This document shows, piece after piece, positions 35,281 to 38,726 of a stretch of DNA of 38,726 bases (position 1 is the stretch's first letter; each line of letters begins with the position of its first letter). Location: assembly GCF_001186125.1 (NCBI RefSeq), contig NW_014040103.1, forward strand, positions 1-38,726, read 5' to 3'. This DNA is from Sphaeroforma arctica JP610 (lineage: Eukaryota). The position numbers were made by a program, and so were the translations under genes. Below the pieces are notes generated by a model. The model searched no databases. It saw only the letters and a program-made list of their open reading frames with translations, and was not told the origin of the DNA.

Positions 35281-38200
35281 TTAGAAGTTCTTAAATATCT
35301 CAGCGTATGGGTCTGTGCCGGTGCCGTGCCACTTGATAGGCTCCTCATCGTACTTGTCGAAATTACTGTCATCCCCTTCGCCCGAAGTTTTGGGGATGTA
35401 AGGGGATATCACCTTCTTCGCGTACATGGCTTGCCAATCGATGGACTGTGCGTAGTCAATACAGGATGAAAAGAAATGAAAATCAACCCCTTCGGCTTGT
35501 TATGTCACTTACCAACAACCGAATCTCGCGACCAAATACATACCTCAAGCTTGGCGCTTGAAGAATCCGCTATAAACAATTTAGTTGGCATTGCCAGAAG
35601 AAGAAAAAATATGGTAGAACTTTGCACGAGATCTGCACACCTGTCAGCAGAGATTGAACTAGTCTTTTGTACGTACCTTAAAGAATGGGTGTTTCTTGAT
35701 CTCTAAGACTCCGCTCCTCATGTTACCTAATCGCTTTGTTAAATCACTCGTTAGGAAACCGGAGATGATAGAACGCTATGGGGAATGGCAGAAAATGTGC
35801 AGCAAATTAGTACTGCGAACAGTTTGTAAGCTCCAAATTAATCTAGACCATACTCGATCATAACTCACCATAGAGCCAAGCTAGAACAGAAATTGGTAGA
35901 ACAAGACATGCAACGAACGCTATTGAGTGCAATATATTCTCCTTCACGCATAATTAATGCAACCTAAGTCAGTCGTCTACCGAGAATGGCAAGAAAGATT
36001 GATCTCCGAACCAAATACCTCGTCTGACTTGAAGTGCGTCGGGAACACAAGTCGGCCCTCAACAATCTTTTTGTACATCTCCATCTGTGCTTCGTCGTAG
36101 AAAGGTGCGTGACCGCATCGCATCTCATAGATTAGAATACCTGTGTGCATAAAGTGTCAACCGAGTTGTTAGGGTCAGCCACGATCTCGGTTCGAGTTGT
36201 ATTTCCAGTAATTTCTACGAGTGAGTGCGTCCTCACTTCTGTGTAAACTGCGCGTGGTGTTTCTAAAGACACAGTGATATGCCGAATCAACCCGCCAATC
36301 AACCCTCACAAAGACCAAAACTCTCCCCTTTACAACCACCCGGTTCCTCTGCTGGCTGCTGAGCCTTGCCTTGTATACCTGCATTCACATCAACCACACA
36401 TGTCGCCACAAACTACCCGCATAGAGCCACAATAACTAAATTCTAAGTGAGCTGGATATTATCATCTCCCTATTAAAGTACCTAGCGCCCACCAGTCGAC
36501 CGCGTGGGCGTAACCCTTGGACAGAATAATCTCCGGCGCCAAGTACTCGGGGGTTCCACAGAGTGTCCATGTACGATCCGCCACGCGCTTTGCGAAACCA
36601 AAGTCCGTGATACGGAGGTGGCCACGGCTGTCGATCAGCAGATTCTCGGGCTTCAGGTCACGGTAGACAATGTCTAGGTTATGCTGTAGATAGAACCAGA
36701 CACAGAAATGAGTGGCTCTAGACAATGTCTAGATTATGCTGTAGATAGAACCAGACACAGGAATGAGTGGCTCTAGACAATGTCTAGGTTATGCTGTAGA
36801 TAGAACCACAGGAATGAGTGGCACTGCGACGAAGTTAAGAGTTGATGTGGTGGTTAATAAGGTAGGAGGACACTGAGAGTTTCAGGATGTGGAGGAGATC
36901 TCAGACATAAGTGGGAAGGCTTACTCATGCGTATAGGCGATGCTTGACTAGGTACACGGACAAATGCTGCCCATAATACAAAACTGGCATTTGCCAATGC
37001 ACCCAGAATGCGTGTTTTTTAAATCAGTGACTTGCTAGAAATCATGAACTAGATAAAAGCGCTTTGATCTGTGCTTGTATAGCCTAGCGCCCGGTTTGGA
37101 GAACTTCGTTAGATACACACACGTACTATGTACACAGCAAATGAAGTCACTTTCATACGGGCCAAATAACATTGCATAATGGTAGTCCAAAAAAAAAAAA
37201 TTTATATATAGATATATACAAAACAGTATGCAAGCATAATATAACGTCCATACAGAACAGAGATATGACATGCGAAAACTCATGCACAACATACTAGGTA
37301 TTCAAAGGCTAGGACAGTTTCTGCGGCAAAGAACCGGGCCACGTCGGATGTGAAATATCGGTTGCGGTGAATGTGCGTAAACATCTCGCCTCCGTTGATG
37401 AACTCGAGGACAAAGTATAGGGATTTCTTGTCCTGAGAAGATAGGATAGAGAAAGTAGGAGGTATGGTTATATGCAGTACTGTCGAAGCCTACGAGGGCT
37501 CCTTTGTCAAACACTTATCAATGATCAGTGTAGTATACAGGTATTGCGAGTATTGCAGAGTGCTATACGTGTTTGCAATGGCACTAGCGCGTAAAAATAG
37601 CCTCATGCGAGAAAAACCCCCCTTCCAGTTTGCCTGCACTGAACGAGCATACTCTGGGGAAAGCCCCATTACCGGTGGAGACATAGGTGATTCAGCAGGT
37701 GACATTGTTCCAAGTTACTTATAACCATTAAGCAAACCCAAAATATGATCAGCGACACGCCTCCGCTGTCTGCAGGACTGTATGGGCACATACTCGGAAC
37801 GGCTCAACTATGATACGACACGGGCAAGCATGTGCAGGCCACCGCATGCTTTTGCTTTCACTATCAAGGTATAACAGGCACATACATAACATATTGCACA
37901 GTTCACTACAACAATCGATACACAGGCGAGCTCCTGTATTTTTACTAGTAGCAATGGATTACGGGTACGTGTCCTATGGCTATGCAATTGCAGAATGAAT
38001 AGTCGACAACCTGCACCATTGAGTCTTGGATGAACACAGTCACATAGACCTACCGAGAAGAATTCGATCATCTGGACTATGAACGGGCAGTCGATGCACG
38101 CCAAGATATTCTTCTCGTTAGCTGTATGTTCCACCTGTGTGACACCGGAGATGTGTAGAATTAAGTTTGTGAAGACTCCAATCCGGGATACCTTACTTAT

Positions 38201-38634
38201 TAGACGAAATTGCCTGAAACCCAACAGAATCCGTATTGATGGGAGTTAATCGATAACAGCCTTGAACAAGGGAGAACAGATAGCCATCAGAATGCAAGAT
38301 GTCAGGCTCGAGGGTAATTCGAGCTCCAATGTTTCTTCGATGTTTTGCATAGGGGATGACATGGTTCTATTGTTCTACTCTTGTTCTCTTATAGGACCAT
38401 AGGGGGGGGGGGGGGATACAAACCGCTGACTTGCCAGATAAACCAAGTATGTGTGGCTATAGCTGTCACGCTGGTACTCACCTGTTTCAGTTTGATGACG
38501 ATCTCCTTGCGGATAATCTTCATTGCACAGAACTGTCCAGTCTCCTTCTTCTTGCACATCAGCACACGGCCAAACGATCCCGTGCCCAGAGTTCGCATAA
38601 TATCGTAATCGCTTAGGTCCTGCCGTTCATTGGA
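35281..38634 (-). CDS. cAMP-dependent protein kinase catalytic subunit (PKA-C/PRKX family); 5' exon(s) outside window
   Basis: Exons (-): 38634-38482, 38134-38054, 37432-37295, 36683-36482, 36140-36019, 35775-35677, 35445-35281. Motifs: [57 protein letters not shown] and C-terminal FxxF (IFKNF*). Confidence 0.96.
36664..36822. repeat. 55-bp tandem repeat (3 copies) spanning a PKA intron/exon acceptor
   Basis: Units start at 36664, 36719 and 36774: TAGACAATGTCTAG(G/A)TTATGCTGTAGATAGAACCAGACACAG(A/G)AATGAGTGGCTC. The third copy has a small deletion. Confidence 0.95.
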
Positions 38635-38726
38635 CTGAGGATGGTAGATATGCACAACCAGAAATCTCCTCTTAGTTCTTGAATATTCTCTGATATGAGT
38701 ACAATAACTTAGTGGAAATGCAATGG

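Overview
Eukaryotic, intron-rich genomic window. Introns are GT-AG with mostly GTATGT/GTGTGT/GTGAGT donors, and the protein similarities suggest a unicellular opisthokont, possibly an ichthyosporean-like holozoan (inference). Bases ~160-6300 hold a degenerate, internally inverted Ty3/Gypsy LTR retrotransposon. It comprises a probable 5' LTR, gag and protease on +, and a second copy on - running protease-RT-RNase H-[DNA N6-adenine methyltransferase, NPPW]-linker-start of integrase. An adenine methyltransferase inside a protease-bearing Gypsy pol is the most unusual element here. The element also shows a possible tRNA-independent self-priming site and a long fold-back structure. Four spliced host genes follow, all on -: fimbrin/plastin (7112-12495, one exon probably hidden in an N gap), D-cysteine desulfhydrase-like (13712-18421), xanthine dehydrogenase (22902-33959, 19 exons) and a PKA catalytic subunit (35281 to beyond 38634, 5' end outside the window). 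One intronless secreted six-cysteine orphan ORF lies on + (21104-21538). Exon coordinates were traced by eye and no database searches were run.
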